From the NCBI GenBank assembly GCA_951406725.2, contig OX597815.1, forward strand, positions 207,080,001 through 207,144,000: a stretch of DNA of 64,000 nt. Direction: 5' to 3'. This DNA is from Octopus vulgaris (taxonomy: Eukaryota). Positions 24,411-38,593 of this stretch are shown piece after piece. How positions within the stretch are numbered: the first letter of the stretch is position 1; every line of letters begins with the position of its first letter. The notes under the pieces are model-generated. The model was not told the DNA's origin. It saw nothing but the letters and a program-made list of their open reading frames with translations, and searched no databases. The position numbers and the translations under genes were made by a program.

Positions 24411-24841
24411 TCTTTATATATAAAAGAGAAGTTGTGTGTCTGTCTCCTCCGATTTAGATTCCTAACTACTCCCACATTTTGCGGTGCAGTTTAACCAAAA
24501 CCGGGTATCTTATAGTCGTGATTCATATCGAGCCCTTCTGGGTATTAGCGCGCGTCTACGATGAGTCTACGATGAGTCTACGATGAGTCTACGATGAGTC
24601 TACGATTAAAAAATATATTTACCATCATTTTTTTCCATTTTAATGCATTTTTTTCGCTATTATATAAGGGAAGTAACTCTCTAAAAATGTCTACGATGAG
24701 TCAACGATTAAAAAAAAAATTACCATAATTTCTTTTCCATTTTTAATGCATTTTTTTGCTATTTTTTGGCTATAACTCTCTAAAAATGCTTATATAGTTA
24801 TTTCCCTTACAAACCCGAGCAATGCCGGGCGATACTGCTAG
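24411..24841 (+). mobile_element. Non-autonomous Helitron
   Basis: A|TC start, 3' hairpin cccgagcaatgccggg, CTAG|T end; near-identical copy at 31519. Confidence 0.9.
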
Positions 24842-25090
24842 TATTCTATAATTCTTTCATCCTAAATATAATAGTTGCATAATTCTACACTATCTAACCA
24901 GTCTCCGAAACCTTATTGGTTTAATCCACTGCTGCTGAAGTGTTTTTCTTATATTGTACAATAACAATGTAAATAATTTACAATCAGTCAGCGATGCACC
25001 GTGAGTGACGAAACTGATTGAGTGTTCAATAGCCAAGTCTACGGACCAAAGAGTGACCCTGAAAGTGGTAATTCGACATGCTAGAAATAG

Positions 25091-25474
25091 TGGAAGCACT
25101 CCGTCGGTTACGACGATGAGGGTTCCGGTTGATCCGAATCAACGGAACAGCCTGCTCGTGAAATTAACGTGTAAGTGGCTGAGCACTCCACAGACACGTG
25201 TACCCTTAACGCAGTTCTCGGGGATATTCAGCGTGACACAGAGAGTGACAAGGCCGGCCCCTTGAAATACAGGTACAACAGAAACAGGAAGTAAGAGTGA
25301 GAGAAAGTTGTGGTGAAAGAGTACAGCAGGGATCACCACCATCCCCTGCCGGAGCCTCGTGGAGCTTTTAGGTGTTTTCGCTCAATAAACACTCACAACG
25401 CCCGGTCTGGGAATCGAAACCGCGATCCTATGACCGCGAGTCCGCTGCCCTAACTACTGGGCCATTGCGCCTCC
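25091..25474 (-). mobile_element. Chimeric SINE (family C head + family D tail)
   Basis: 11-bp TSD gctagaaatag; nearly identical to 44867-45250. Confidence 0.9.
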
Positions 25475-25624
25475 GCTAGAAATAGAATCATAATCTCTCT
25501 CAAGTACGGCCTGCCGTCTAAATAATATGATCTAATCCTAGATACATTTCTGTGATTATATGTCTGTTCAGTTAGTTTTAATTTTAGGTTAAACAACACC
25601 AATAACATTTAAGTTTTATAAACA

Positions 25625-25799
25625 GGCGCAGAAGTGGTTGTGTGGTAAGTAGCTTGCTTACGAACCACATGGTTCCGGGTTCAGTCCCACTGCGTGGCAC
25701 CTTGGGCAAGTGTCTTCTACTATAGCCTCGGGCCGACCAAAGCCTTGTGAGTGGATTTGGTAGACGGAAACTGAAAGAAGCCCGTCGTATATATGTATG

Positions 25800-25840
<41 letters not shown>

Positions 25841-26050
25841 TTGTGTGTCTGTGTTTGTGCCCCCCAACATCGCTTGACAACCGATGCTGGTGTGTGTTTA
25901 CGTCCCCATCGCTTAGCGGTTCGGCACAAGACACCGATAAAATATGTACTAGGCTTCCAAAGAATAAGTCCTGGGGTCGATTTGCTCGACTAAAGGCGGT
26001 GCTCCAGCATGGCCGCAGTCAAATGACTGAAACGAGTAAAAGAGTAAAAA
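25625..26050 (+). mobile_element. SINE family A, full length
   Basis: Head, body and tail complete. Confidence 0.92.
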
Positions 26051-26987
26051 GAAGCAATAATTTATGTGATGTATTTCATATGACCTACCAGTGGAGATAG
26101 TTCTTTTATCCACTAATTCCTAGTAAGTGAATATATTATGATTACGAAACCAAAAGTCTTTTTTCTCAATTATTAGTGTAGAGTTGTTGGTAGAGAGAGG
26201 ATCAGCCTAGCATTTTCAATAAGAATGACTTCTATATTCTGTGACGGAACAATTTTCAATGTATTTTCATAACAAAACGCTTGTTTAGACGAATGCTAGC
26301 CTGAAAGCGAACAGAGAAACAAGGTTTTTCATATATTTTTGTTAAAGATAATCTATTTACGTGTGATCCAGCATTGCTATTTACCTGGCTTCTGCCTGAA
26401 GGACAGAAACGACAAGGTATAAGGAAAATTAAAAAAAAAAGACAAGAGGAAAGGTATTGAGGGAAAGTAACTCAAGACAGATAATATCTGTATGTAGTGT
26501 AGAATGACAAGGGAAATGAGTGATGGGAGAAATAATTAGTAAGAAGTAAAACAAACAAGGATAAACTAACAAACACGAAATTAATCAGACTGATCACGAT
26601 ATTTTTCACGACATTTCTAGAGAAAAATTCTTATCACATAAGCCAGAGTTGATTAGAGTAAGCGCAAGAGTAGCATGAATTACGAGCGTAACCCTTCTGA
26701 CAGCTCTAAAATATCGATTCTTTCAACAGGTAAGAGATATTTCGACGTGCGACTAGAATATAAATGTTACTGATAAGGCAGGAAAATTAAATAAGAGATT
26801 AAATAGTTTTAATGATATTAAATAAAAACGTTGGAAAAACAATGCGAAAACAATGTAAAGAAGCGTCAAAGAAAATTCCCCAAGGAATTCCGTATTCATT
26901 TGCTTTGTAAATATTCAGAATGTAACAAGTGATAAGTGTGAAATATATATATAAAAACAAAAGCCATTTGTTTGAAATAAATGAATA

Positions 26988-27149
26988 GGCGCAGGAGTGG
27001 CTGTGTGGTATGTAGCTTGCTTACCGACCACATGGTTCCGGGTTCAGTCCCACTGCGTGGCACCTTGAGCAAGTGTCTTCTACTATAGCCTCGGGCCGAC
27101 CAAAGCCTTGTGAGTGGGGTTTGGTAGTCGGAAACTGAAAGAAGCCCGT

Positions 27150-27206
<57 letters not shown>

Positions 27207-27341
27207 ATATGGTTGTGCGTCTGTGTTTGTGTCCCCAACATCGCTTGACAATCGATGCTGGTGTATTTTCGTCCCCGTAACCTAGCGGTTCGGCAAAAGA
27301 CTGAGAGAATAAGTATTAGGCTTACAAAGAGTAAGTCCTGG
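26988..27341 (+). mobile_element. SINE family A (3'-truncated)
   Basis: Head and body to gtcctgg. Confidence 0.9.
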
Positions 27342-27367
27342 TGTCTTATATGTATCTCTCTCTCTCT

Positions 27368-27764
27368 CTTTTACTCTTTTACTTGTTTCAGTCATTTGAC
27401 TGCGGTCATGCTGGTGCACCGCCTTTAGTCGAGCAAATCGACCCTTTGTAAGCCTAGTACTTATTCCATCGGTCTCTTGGCGAATCGCTAGATTACGAGG
27501 ACGTAAACACACCAGCATCGGTTTTCAAGCGATGTTGGGGGGATAAACACAGACACACAAACATATACACACATACATATATATACACATTCACATATAT
27601 ACGACGGGCTTCTTTCAGTTTCCGTCTACCAAATCCACTCACAAGGCTTTGGCCGGCCCGAGGCTATAGTAGAAGACACCTGCCCAAGGTACCACGCAGT
27701 GGTACTGAACCCGGAACCATGTGGTTGGTAAGCAAGCTACTTACCACACAGCCACACCTGCGCC
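27368..27764 (-). mobile_element. SINE family A, tail-to-tail with the preceding copy
   Basis: Full family A on minus strand. Confidence 0.9.
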
Positions 27765-28009
27765 TATATATATATGTGAAAAAAAAGATCAACGGTACCA
27801 CCTGTGCCATAGGCTCATGAGGTCGGTTTCTCTGATTCTGTGGCATATATATTACCCACTGGACGGAAAACCGGTACGTTGTATGGTTACTTATTTTGAT
27901 GCTACGTGAAATGAGATGTTTTGTTGAAGAACACTACGAATCTCCTTGTCTAGGTACCAAAACCATAATCTTATGATCATTGGTGCAACAGCCTAAGCAC
28001 TAAACCATA

Positions 28010-28083
28010 CGTATGTATGTATGCATGTATGTATGTATGTATGTATGTATGTATGTATGTATGTATGTATCTATGTATGTATG

Positions 28084-28121
<38 letters not shown>

Positions 28122-28176
28122 CATGCGTATATATACATACATACATATATATATATATACATATACATGCGTATAT

Positions 28177-28207
<31 letters not shown>

Positions 28208-28278
28208 CATATACATGCGTATATATACATACATACACCCATATATATATATATATATATACATATACATGCGTATAT

Positions 28279-28325
<47 letters not shown>

Positions 28326-28336
28326 CATGCATATAT

Positions 28337-28377
<41 letters not shown>
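28010..28377. repeat. Compound microsatellite with higher-order ~45-60 bp unit
   Basis: acatatacatgcgtatatatacatac recurs ~5 times, separated by variable (TA)n. Confidence 0.9.
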
Positions 28378-28378
<1 letters not shown>

Positions 28379-29270
28379 TAAAAAAATACTGAAGCATATC
28401 ACACACACACACGCACAGACACAGACATACACACATATACTGCATTGAAGAAAAGCATGAATATCACAGTATTATTATTATTATTGCTCGCTAAATTTAT
28501 ATTCCTGTGCTTCTGTTAGAAATCAAAATTATAGAATATTTAGTTACGTATTGAATATCCACATTTGTTATTTTGTTTTTCCTTATTCCTGTTCGTTTTT
28601 TTTTCTCTCTTTCTTCTTTATTTTGTTTTTTTTTACCTTTTGTTTTTACATCGTCCAGATATCAATGATGAGGAGAGTGAGTAAGATGCCACTGTTATTA
28701 CAAGAACTAATACTATCACTGCTGCTGTTGCAAAAACTGCTGATTCGTTCTTCTGTTTGTTGACTCTGACATATTGGTTTTCATCCCATCAGTATCGCGA
28801 GCGTTTTCTTCTGCTTTACAGCCTAGCGTTGAATAGTTTAAACCACAGAGTGTGGGGAAAGAACTAGAGTTTCAATTTCTACTGTGAGCACAGGTAGGAA
28901 ACTTGCACCTCCTTACATGGACGGTTTGTTGTTTGCGAGATATGATACAATTCTTTACAATTTAAAATGCAAGTAATTTGAGGCTATAAGGTCGTTGCCA
29001 TTTGCGTTTTTGTGGTTTATCTTTATTTTTTAATGCGAAGTTAGTTTATTATATCTTCTTCGAAAAAGAATGCTGTAATTCACATTGTGAAGGCGTTACA
29101 GAAGTTTTCATAAACAACTTACGAATTTATTAGAGTAAATTACATTGAGTGAGGAAGCACTATTAAATGAATTATTAGAATCTCGTGAAAGATTAGGAAG
29201 GAAAACTATTGAACAACCTTTATTGAAGATGTTGAAATTTCATGAAGGCATATGTATATATATATAAGAA

Positions 29271-29501
29271 AGGCGTCGAGTTGGCAGAAACGTTAGCACG
29301 CCGGGCGGAATGCGTAGCCGTATTTCGCCCGTCGCTACGTTCTGAGTTCAAATTCCGCCGAGGTCGACTTCGCCTTTCATCCTTTCGGGGTCGATAAATT
29401 AAGTACCAGTTACGCACTAGAGTCGATGTAATCGACTTAATCCGTTTGTCTGTCCTTGTTTGTCCCCTGTATGTTTAACCCCCTGTGGGTAATAAAGAAA
29501 C
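29271..29501 (+). mobile_element. SINE family B monomer
   Basis: Head plus a single unit. Confidence 0.9.
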
Positions 29502-29554
29502 ATATATATATATAAGAATGTGTGTGTGTGCGTGCGCACGCGTGTTTATATCTT

Positions 29555-29940
29555 TTATATTTTACTTTTTTCAGTCACTAGACTGCGGCCATTCTGGGGC
29601 ACCGCCTTGAAGAATTTTAGTCTACGAATCGACTCCGTAACTAATTATTTTTTCTAAAGCTTGGTACTTATTCTGGCAGTATCTTTTGCCGAACCGCTAG
29701 ACTACAGGAACGTAAACATACCAACACCAGTTATCAAGCGATGATGGGAAACACACACAAACACACACACATATACATATATATATAAATACAAGAGGCT
29801 TCTTTCAGTTTCTGTCAACCAAATCCACTCAAGCCTTTGGTCGGCCTGAAGCTATAGCAGAAAACACTGAAGGTGCCACGCAGTGAAACTGAACCCAGAA
29901 CCATGTGGTTAGGAAGCAAACTTCTTACCACACAGCCACA
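29555..29940 (-). mobile_element. Older SINE family A copy
   Basis: Diverged head, body and tail. Confidence 0.8.
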
Positions 29941-31039
29941 ACTGTATGTAAATATGTACATATATGTAAACGTATCTATATATATGTACACGCAATGGGA
30001 CTGAACCAGGAACCTTGTGGGTGTGAAGCAAAATTCTTTCGACGCAGCCATACCTGTCTGAATTCTGTTTATATTATAGTGTTGTATCTAACCCCTAGTA
30101 TTATTTTCTTCGCTGTGTATCATTTGTGTTACTTTTATGAAGAGTCTGGACATAGTTATCTGAATCTAAATCTATGTTGTGATTTAGAGATGGGAGACGT
30201 CTTTAATCGACGGGAACCCAGACACTATTCTCAGAAAAGATTTTCTATTGCTGGACGGGCGTTCAGGACTCTTACACATATATAAATACTTATTGACATT
30301 TTTTTAAATTATGTATGGATGTAGTAAACGAATTATTACTTATCTATACGCTTGTATCTAAACAAAAGTGAAATATTTTTTCCCATCTAATTTGTGTTTT
30401 GTGTTGAATAATGAATTTGAGGATGGGATTATTTTATCGAGTCTTAATTAAGCTTATCAGCCTGGTCCAGTTTGTCTGTCATAATAAATATTCCTTTAAA
30501 TTACCGGTGTAGTTTGGATCTGGTATTACCTGTTTCTCGACATTTGCCATGTAGACCGTTTCATCAATGAGCTTGGATTATCTCACGGTCATTCTGACTT
30601 CCGATTATATAAATTTATTTACGGGCAACAGAAGGGCACCTCCGAGCTGTGCAGTTTATTTTAGGCAAGTGTTCTTTTTGTCTCATTATTTGGGATTTTC
30701 ATAAATCTTCAAATTTAAATTAGAACTGGGATATATCATTAGATAAATTATACTTGTTTTTAGATGCTGTGTCTTATAGCATGGAGTATCACAATGATTC
30801 TGTTACAAAGGATTATGTTAAGGGCACAGATGCTCATGGAGTACCCAGTCACTAACATACAACTTCCATTTACAATTGAAACCGTAACGAAATCCGCCAT
30901 AAAATCATATGATTTTCCTTATAATTTTAAAGAAATAACATCCACAGATCTTCGTAAGATAACCACTTATGATTTCTCTTGTAAGATATTATCTGTCGGG
31001 TGTATTTTTGTTTTATTGATTGAACTGATCTTAGGACCT

Positions 31040-31260
31040 TATTGTTATTAAACAAGTGATCTATGTTTTGGTAGCCTTGAGCCCATCTTAGTGTCTTTCA
31101 AATTCAGAAGATGTTGATTCTGGTCAGTTTCGTATTTCGCTGGAGGCTGTTGTTACATCATGTGTGCTGTGTAAAGTATTTTATAAACAAATTAGGGACT
31201 TTATCAGTTTTGTGAGCCTTCCAATCGCTGGCAGTCCTGATGTACTGATGTTAACGCTGA
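31040..31260 (-). pseudogene. Possible R4/NeSL-type non-LTR RT relic
   Basis: WKAHKTDKVPNLFIKYF resembles WKAPGxDxIxNFWxK; very decayed. Confidence 0.35.
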
Positions 31261-31518
31261 ACCATGCTTATGGTTGTTATTTTATTATTGGATTCCATTT
31301 TCTTATCTATTTTGTATCTTTTCTGGGATCTAAATTTCCACTCTCGATGCTCTCGCAATATTTCATTTACTTTTGCTGTTGATGCATTTGTCTGTAATTT
31401 GCGTTTTTCGTGCTTTGTTATTGTTGTTGTTGCTGTTGTTATGGATTTTTATGGTTGTTTCAAATGCTTCCTTCGCTCACACGAAACCTTAACTTATTTT
31501 TTTCTGTTCTCAACTAAA

Positions 31519-31915
31519 TCTTTATATATAAAAGTAAGGTTGTGTGTCTGTCTCCTACGATTTAGATTCCTAACTACTCCCACATTTTGCGGTGCAGTTT
31601 AACCAAAACCGGGTATCTTATAGTCGTGATTCATATCGAGCCCTTCTGGGTATTAGCGCGCGTCTACGATGAGTCTGCGATTTTAAAAATAATTTACCAT
31701 AATTTTTCCCATTTTAATGCATTTTTTCGCTATCATATAAGGGAAGTAACTCTCTAAAAATGTCTACGATGAGTCAACGATTTAAAAAAAAGTTTACCAT
31801 AATTTTTTTCTCATTTTTAATGCATTTTTTTGCTATTTTTTGGCTATAACTCTCTAAGAATGCTTATATAGTTATTTCCCTTACAAACCCGAGCAACGCC
31901 GGGCGATACTGCTAG
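31519..31915 (+). mobile_element. Non-autonomous Helitron (second copy)
   Basis: A|TC..cccgagcaacgccggg..CTAG|T; highly similar to 24411-24841. Confidence 0.9.
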
Positions 31916-32963
31916 TAGTTAAATAAAAATGTAACATATTTCTTTCTGCCTATTTTCTGTCATGTATATATTTTTTTCACAGATTATTTTCTTTCCCTTA
32001 GTGTTATGCGTCTGTAGATTGGAGAACAACAGTTATGCGAGGGCTCGTGCCTTTGATGGTCAGAGTAATATTGGATCTGTGTGGTTCTTTTTTGGCCCAT
32101 AACTGGTGGTCCTCCTACATAACGAGGATTGCCTCATTCATGCTTTCTCATACTTTGCATATTATGTATACTTTTGTGTCATTTCTCCGTATTTTCCCTT
32201 TCTTTCCACTCATCTTTTTATGCAAACTCTGACACAAATTTTTAATTGTCCTTCGGATGTCCCCTTTACTGTTGTAGCAAATAAAAGAAATTCTTCTTCT
32301 TCCTCTTCTTCTTCTTTTATCTGTTGTTGTTGTTGTTTTGAGATGTAGTTAACAGATGGTTGGCTACTAAGACATTTACAGGCCATGATTACAGAGAAAT
32401 TTAGATTAGTCATCACATCAATGTTTATCACTTGTTTTTTTATTATTTTCCGTAGAAATTATACCTGGAAAACTTGATAGTAATTAGTTGATATTTTCCA
32501 TTGACATTTCTATATTCATTCGTGAGAAAGTGGCAGCCATTATTCCACAACGATTACATTTTTTGCAGTCGCTTTTGTCAAGTGTGTGTTCTTGGTCTTC
32601 GCTTTTCCTCATCATTAACTCTCCTTCTTGAGAGAATGTTTCTTTGCTAATGTACGCAGTTATATGAAGGAAAACAGAACGTGTCAAGAGTGTGAGGAAA
32701 GATAAAGTGGTCTTCACTTAATGCAAAAGAAGAAATGATGGCAGCAATTAGCATTAGTTTTATGGATTTGGCTTCACAGCTCACTCAGTTAACAGAACAC
32801 CTTAAGAACTGAAATACTTGGACATAACTGCATCACTAGTGTTTCTCACTGCTAGAAGAAAGATAACTAAATCGTTATATCAGCAGTCGAAGATGATAGG
32901 CTACTACAGGAATTTTCTGCATAAGCTCATGCATATATTTATATCTATGTACATATTTATGTA

Positions 32964-33248
32964 GTGGAGGCACATGGCCTAGTGGTTAGAGCAGCGGGTT
33001 CGAATCCCAGACCGGGTGATGTGTGTTTTTATGAGCGAAAACACCTAAGCTCCACGCGGCTCCGGCAGACGGAAATGGCGAACTTCTGCTGACTCTTTCG
33101 CCACAACTTTCTCTCACTCTTTCCTCCTGCATCTAGCTGCTCACCTGCGACGGACCGGCGTCCCGTCCAGGTGGGGAATCTATACGCCAAGGAAACCGGG
33201 AAACCAGCCCTATGAGCCAGGCATGGCTCGAGAAGGAACAAACAACAT
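32964..33248 (+). mobile_element. SINE family C
   Basis: gtggaggcacatggcctagtggttagagc head (internal deletion); ggaaaccagccctatgagccaggcatggctcgagaagg tail. Confidence 0.88.
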
Positions 33249-33272
33249 ATTTACGTAAAAATGTATGTATGC

Positions 33273-33344
<72 letters not shown>

Positions 33345-33439
33345 GTATATATATATGTATGTATATATATATGTATATATATGTATATATATATATGTAT
33401 GTATATATATATGTATATATATGTATATATATATGTGTG

Positions 33440-33471
<32 letters not shown>

Positions 33472-33533
33472 TGTATGTATGTATGTATGCATGCATGCAG
33501 GTAAGTAACTGTATGTAGAGACAAATATGTGTA

Positions 33534-33576
<43 letters not shown>

Positions 33577-33687
33577 CACGCTTGCATGCGTACTTATATG
33601 CATGTATTAAAACATGTCGCTTGTATGTCAATGTATGTTTTGTCTTAGGTATGTGTATGCTTGGATGTGTGTACATGCGATTGTTAC

Positions 33688-33935
33688 AACACCCAACAGA
33701 AGAAGAGCTTTAGGGAAATACCCCCAACATACCCTCAACCATTCGAGAGCAGAAGACATGATATGTTGGTCGCTGCTATCAAAGCATCCTTGTATGGATC
33801 CTCGAGCCATGAAAATTCTCACATCGGACGATCCAGAATGACGTACATTGAACAACTATCTCGTGATGTCGTGTTACAAACCGAAGGCTTCAAAAAGACG
33901 AGAATGCTTGGAGATAAAGAGTGGTTTTGATTCGG
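33688..33935 (+). mobile_element. RTE-clade LINE 3' relic
   Basis: HPTEEEL*GN..STIRE..GRC and GRSRMTYIEQLSRD..MLGDKEW match an RTE ORF C-terminus. Confidence 0.7.
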
Positions 33936-34141
33936 GTGACACACCTGAAACGATAGCAATAGATGCCTACACAATTACTTGTTAAACTTGTAGACGTTTT
34001 TGCATAGTTTCACAACACTTTAGAAGGTTTAATTTTGTAATTACTTGTGTTTTTTTGGCTTGTGGATGCCAAATTCTCATGATAAATATTGAAGCCAATG
34101 GATGTGTATATGTACTTATGTGGGTATATATACATATACCT

Positions 34142-34184
<43 letters not shown>

Positions 34185-34640
34185 CAGATAGAGAGGGGGG
34201 GGGAGGGGAGTGATGGTGACATGACACAGATAAAAAATTAAGAGGTTCCTAGGTTTCAGAAATAGTGGGATCAATTAATAGGACCAATTTTTAATAATTT
34301 TTGTATCATATTTTGCTATGACTTCGTTGAAATATAGAGTCAAGGTCTTGTATCAAACACCGTCTCAGATAACCAAATACCTGATGCCATTTCGAAAATT
34401 AATTCGGTTCATACATATGGATAAAGTTACATTGAATCCTAAGTTTGCTTTCTTTCATATGTATTGGGTACCGACTTGGTTGATGTCTATTCCGTTTTAC
34501 TCATATATATACCAATATATATATATAATATATATGTGTGTGTGTGTGTGTGGTGTGTGTGTTACTATATATACTGACATGCTTGTATATGCATATATAT
34601 ACACATATATGTATATACATATACATTTATACACACATAC

Positions 34641-34711
<71 letters not shown>

Positions 34712-35131
34712 TGTATGTATGTATGTATACGCGCGCCACACACACACATTTTTATCACTTTATATTAAAATATTCCCAAACGAAATAGAATTTGTCAGAA
34801 ATCACTTTGATAAAGAAGGAATCCCAGCAGGTCTTGGTTATACACATATTATTTTAATATCGTATTAAAAATAATATTCACTGAAATAGCAATAATCAAA
34901 AATATGGTGCTTGAGAGTGAAGTGACGATGATAGTATCTAATAGCGTTTTACAGGCCCCAGTTTACGATGAAACAAACTGGAAATAGAAGGAATGAAAGG
35001 AATTAAGAAAGCAGGGGTAGTTTTAATATATATGTAAATTTTAATCAAATAATATTAATATTTTTAAAGCGTTTACTACATTCTTATAGGCCCAGTCATG
35101 GCTGGGTGGTTTAGAAGCCTTTCTTATAACC

Positions 35132-35157
35132 TATTTCTTTATTAGCCACAAGGGGCT
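35132..35157 (-). mobile_element. 26-bp family-B SINE tail with 38-bp flanking duplication, inside an old family-A head
   Basis: 35094-35131 repeated at 35158-35195 (1 mismatch) around tatttctttattagccacaaggggct. Confidence 0.8.
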
Positions 35158-35803
35158 AGTCATGGCTGGGTGGTTTAGAAGTCTTTCTTATAACCACATA
35201 CTTTCGGGTAGTCCCGAGGCGCCCAACACCGTCTGAATACTGGGTCTCTTGTATTACTGGTTTGCTTAATCGCTTGATTAAGATAAACAATTTGATGCAT
35301 AAGTATACGAGCATGTGTAAATTTATACACACACACACACACACAATTACACACACAAAAACACACTCACACACACACTTGCACACACGAACACACTTAT
35401 ACATATGCGTGTGTGTGTGTGTGTGTGTGGATGCATGTATGTATATTTGTGTTTGTCCCTTAACGCTGCTTGATAACCGATGTTGATTTGTTTACGTTCC
35501 TGAAAACTAGCGGTTCGACAAAAGATACCGATAGAATATGTGTTACACTTAAAACAAATACTCTACGTAATTATGTCGATTTGTTCGACTAAAGCAAATC
35601 CAGTGTGGTGCCTCAAGATGGCCGCAGTCCAATAACGGAAATATGGCCTCTGTCCAATAACGAAAGCAACACGAAAGATATTATTCTATAGCAATAATCA
35701 AACAACAACATTCATTGGTTAGGAGATACCAATATTATATAATACACAAATATCAGTAGTATTGTACGAAATAACGAAAATCGTTAATATCTTAAAACAA
35801 ATA

Positions 35804-36210
35804 GGCGCAGGAGTGGCTGTGTGGTAAGTAGCTTGCTTACCAACCACATGGTTCCGGGTTCAGTCCCACTGCGTGGCACCTTGGGCAAGTGTCTTCTACT
35901 ATAGCCTCGGGCCGACCAAAGCCTTGTGAGTGGATTTGGTCGGCGGAAACTGAAAGAAGCCCGTCGTATATATGTGTATATATATATATGTATGTGTGTC
36001 TGTGTTTGTCCCCACAACATCGCTTGACAACCGATGCTGGTGTGTTTACGTCCCTGTAACTTAGCGGTTCGGTAAAAGAGACCGATAGAATAAGTACTAG
36101 GCTTACAAAAGAATAAGTTCTGGAGTCGATTTGCTCGACTACAGGCGGTGCTCCAGCATGGCCACAGTCACATGACTGAAACAAGTAAAAGCGTAAGAGC
36201 GTAAGAGTAA
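35804..36210 (+). mobile_element. SINE family A, full length
   Basis: Complete copy. Confidence 0.92.
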
Positions 36211-36384
36211 ATAAATAATACACGAAATAATCTTCTGCACAATTCTTCTCCGCTCATCAGAAAGACATTTGTACCTTAGTCTGACATTAATTCTAACAAA
36301 TATCCACGACTAAAACCCAGATTGCTAATCATATTGATGCCATTGTCATGTACATATCTTTTACTAATATTCTGTCTTTGGTCA

Positions 36385-36590
36385 TGGCGGCGACCTGGTA
36401 GAATCGTTATCACGCCGGGCAAAATGCTTAACAGCATTTCGTCTGTAACGTTCTGAGTTCAAATTCCACCGAGGTCGACTCTACTTTTCGGGGTCGATAA
36501 AATAATCACCGGCTGAGCACTGGAGTCAATGTTATCGACTTACTCCATCCCCTGAAATTGCTGGCCTTGAGCCAGAATTTGAAATCAATA
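36385..36590 (+). mobile_element. Older SINE family B monomer
   Basis: ggcggcgacctggtagaatcgtta..gttctgagttcaaattcc. Confidence 0.8.
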
Positions 36591-38593
36591 TTCCGTCTTC
36601 AGTGTTTGTAGTTAAATTCAATTTCCGTTTTTTTGAAGGAAGTGCACGCACTTAGTCTTCCAGCATATTCCTTTGTTAAATTTAGTTTGAATACGGCTGC
36701 AATGATCTACACTGAGACTATCTAACTCTACTCCTCTCTGAAATTCTCATCCTCGGTGATTAAGGTAGGCACAATTATATTCCTCTCTGTGTCTCTGTCT
36801 CTCACGCTCGCTTAGACACGGACGCACTTTATATGTGCGTGTACGTGTGTGTGTGTGTGTGTGTACATATATGATAGATAGATAGATAGATAGATAGATG
36901 GAGCGAGAGAGATGTGAATGTATACAACTTTAAAGGAGGGGAATATACGTTTTATAAAGTGCATAATGAATGATATGGAAATTCTGCTTCACTTAATCTG
37001 TTTTTCGATAATGACTATCAATCTATTAATGGATGAAAGTAATCAATTAATTCGGTAATTTGATATACATCTTAATGAAATGCAAATTTTCCTTGGTATT
37101 ATACATTTTTAATAAGGGCGCTTTTATGATATAGATCGCTCGTCACATAGGTAAATTCAATAAATCACACTTCATCTTTGTGAGAAATAATTTGCTTCTT
37201 ACAAACTAAACCCTATTTTTATAAAATGCTTACATAATTTTAAAGAACGTAGTTGTAGGAAACTTCGTTTATAGTGTACAAATCTAATTCTCACTGTCGT
37301 TAGTAAGAATAATTTACAGAAAAGATTTTAATAAAATTGCGTGATAGTATTCAATAAGATATTCAGATATTGTACAAGAATAGTTAATATGTTGTATATG
37401 TAAAAATAATAAAACGGGAAAAAAACATTTAACTAAAAAAATAACTGCCAAGGTAATTGTGAAGAAAAATAAACAACACAAAGACTATGGTAATATGGCA
37501 AATATATTGAAAATATATAGGGATAGGTGTTTTATATATCATTAGAGCATCTTACTGCCTAGTCTGTGTTCGTAGTACAAGTATTTAGATTATTTTATAG
37601 ACTTTTGAATTTATTTGCTTTCAGTAGTTATGAAGAATGCTGATGCAATGCGTTTTTATAATTGTATAGGAAGATAGAAAAGAAACCTTAAATGTAGGTT
37701 AGCCGAGAGCTGTTCAAGTTAATATATTTCCCAAGAGCCTTCCAGGAAATACGTTATTCTAAGGAAAAGGAAAATCTTTCTGTGCTTGTTACATAAAGGA
37801 AGAGAAAAATCCAAACAATGCTATGCCCAAGGGTGAAGAAATAAAATAAAGATATGATAAAAACATTTTGCTATTGGGGAACATCTGTAGATACTTTGTT
37901 TCCACGTGTCAGGTATTCAGGAAGAAGAAAATACACCGAGACTCGTGTTTCTAGTACACTTAGTTCAATATACTTGCTTGGTGTATTATTCAAATTTTTG
38001 TCGTTCATTCATTCTCATAGAAAAAAAATTCGATATCATTTAATGTAAAGCAACAAACTTCTTTTCTATTTCCAGTTGGTTCGGTTCTCCACCAGCGTGT
38101 CAAAATTAGCATTTAAAAAAAAAAATCATTTCTTTGTTTATTTTGCTAGCTTGTTCGCTGAGAGGGGAGTGAAGCATTTGTGTTCAGTGTCTTGCCTAAG
38201 GCACAGCACAGCATGACTAATGGAATACAAACCGCTGTTTCCACTCGACCATTATACTCGTTCAATTAAGTACAATTTATCTACAGGATTGGTTGTCGTA
38301 TTTTCAATCTTTAAAAATCTCAGAATGTTTTTCAACGAGAATCATAAGTAAAAAAAAAGCTCCACTTTGTCAGGTAGCATCACTAACCTTCCTTATAATC
38401 CCATCAAATCAGTGAACTAACCAAGACAGCATGAAGGTGAACTGGATCAAATGTAATGCCTAGTTTCTTTTCTATGCTTAAATCTTTGAACTTCCTTAAC
38501 CTTGGTGTTAGTTGATTGATCATCTAATAATCTTTTCTACTTTTGGCAGAAGGACTAAAATTTTGGAGACGAAAGGCCTAGACGGTTATATCG

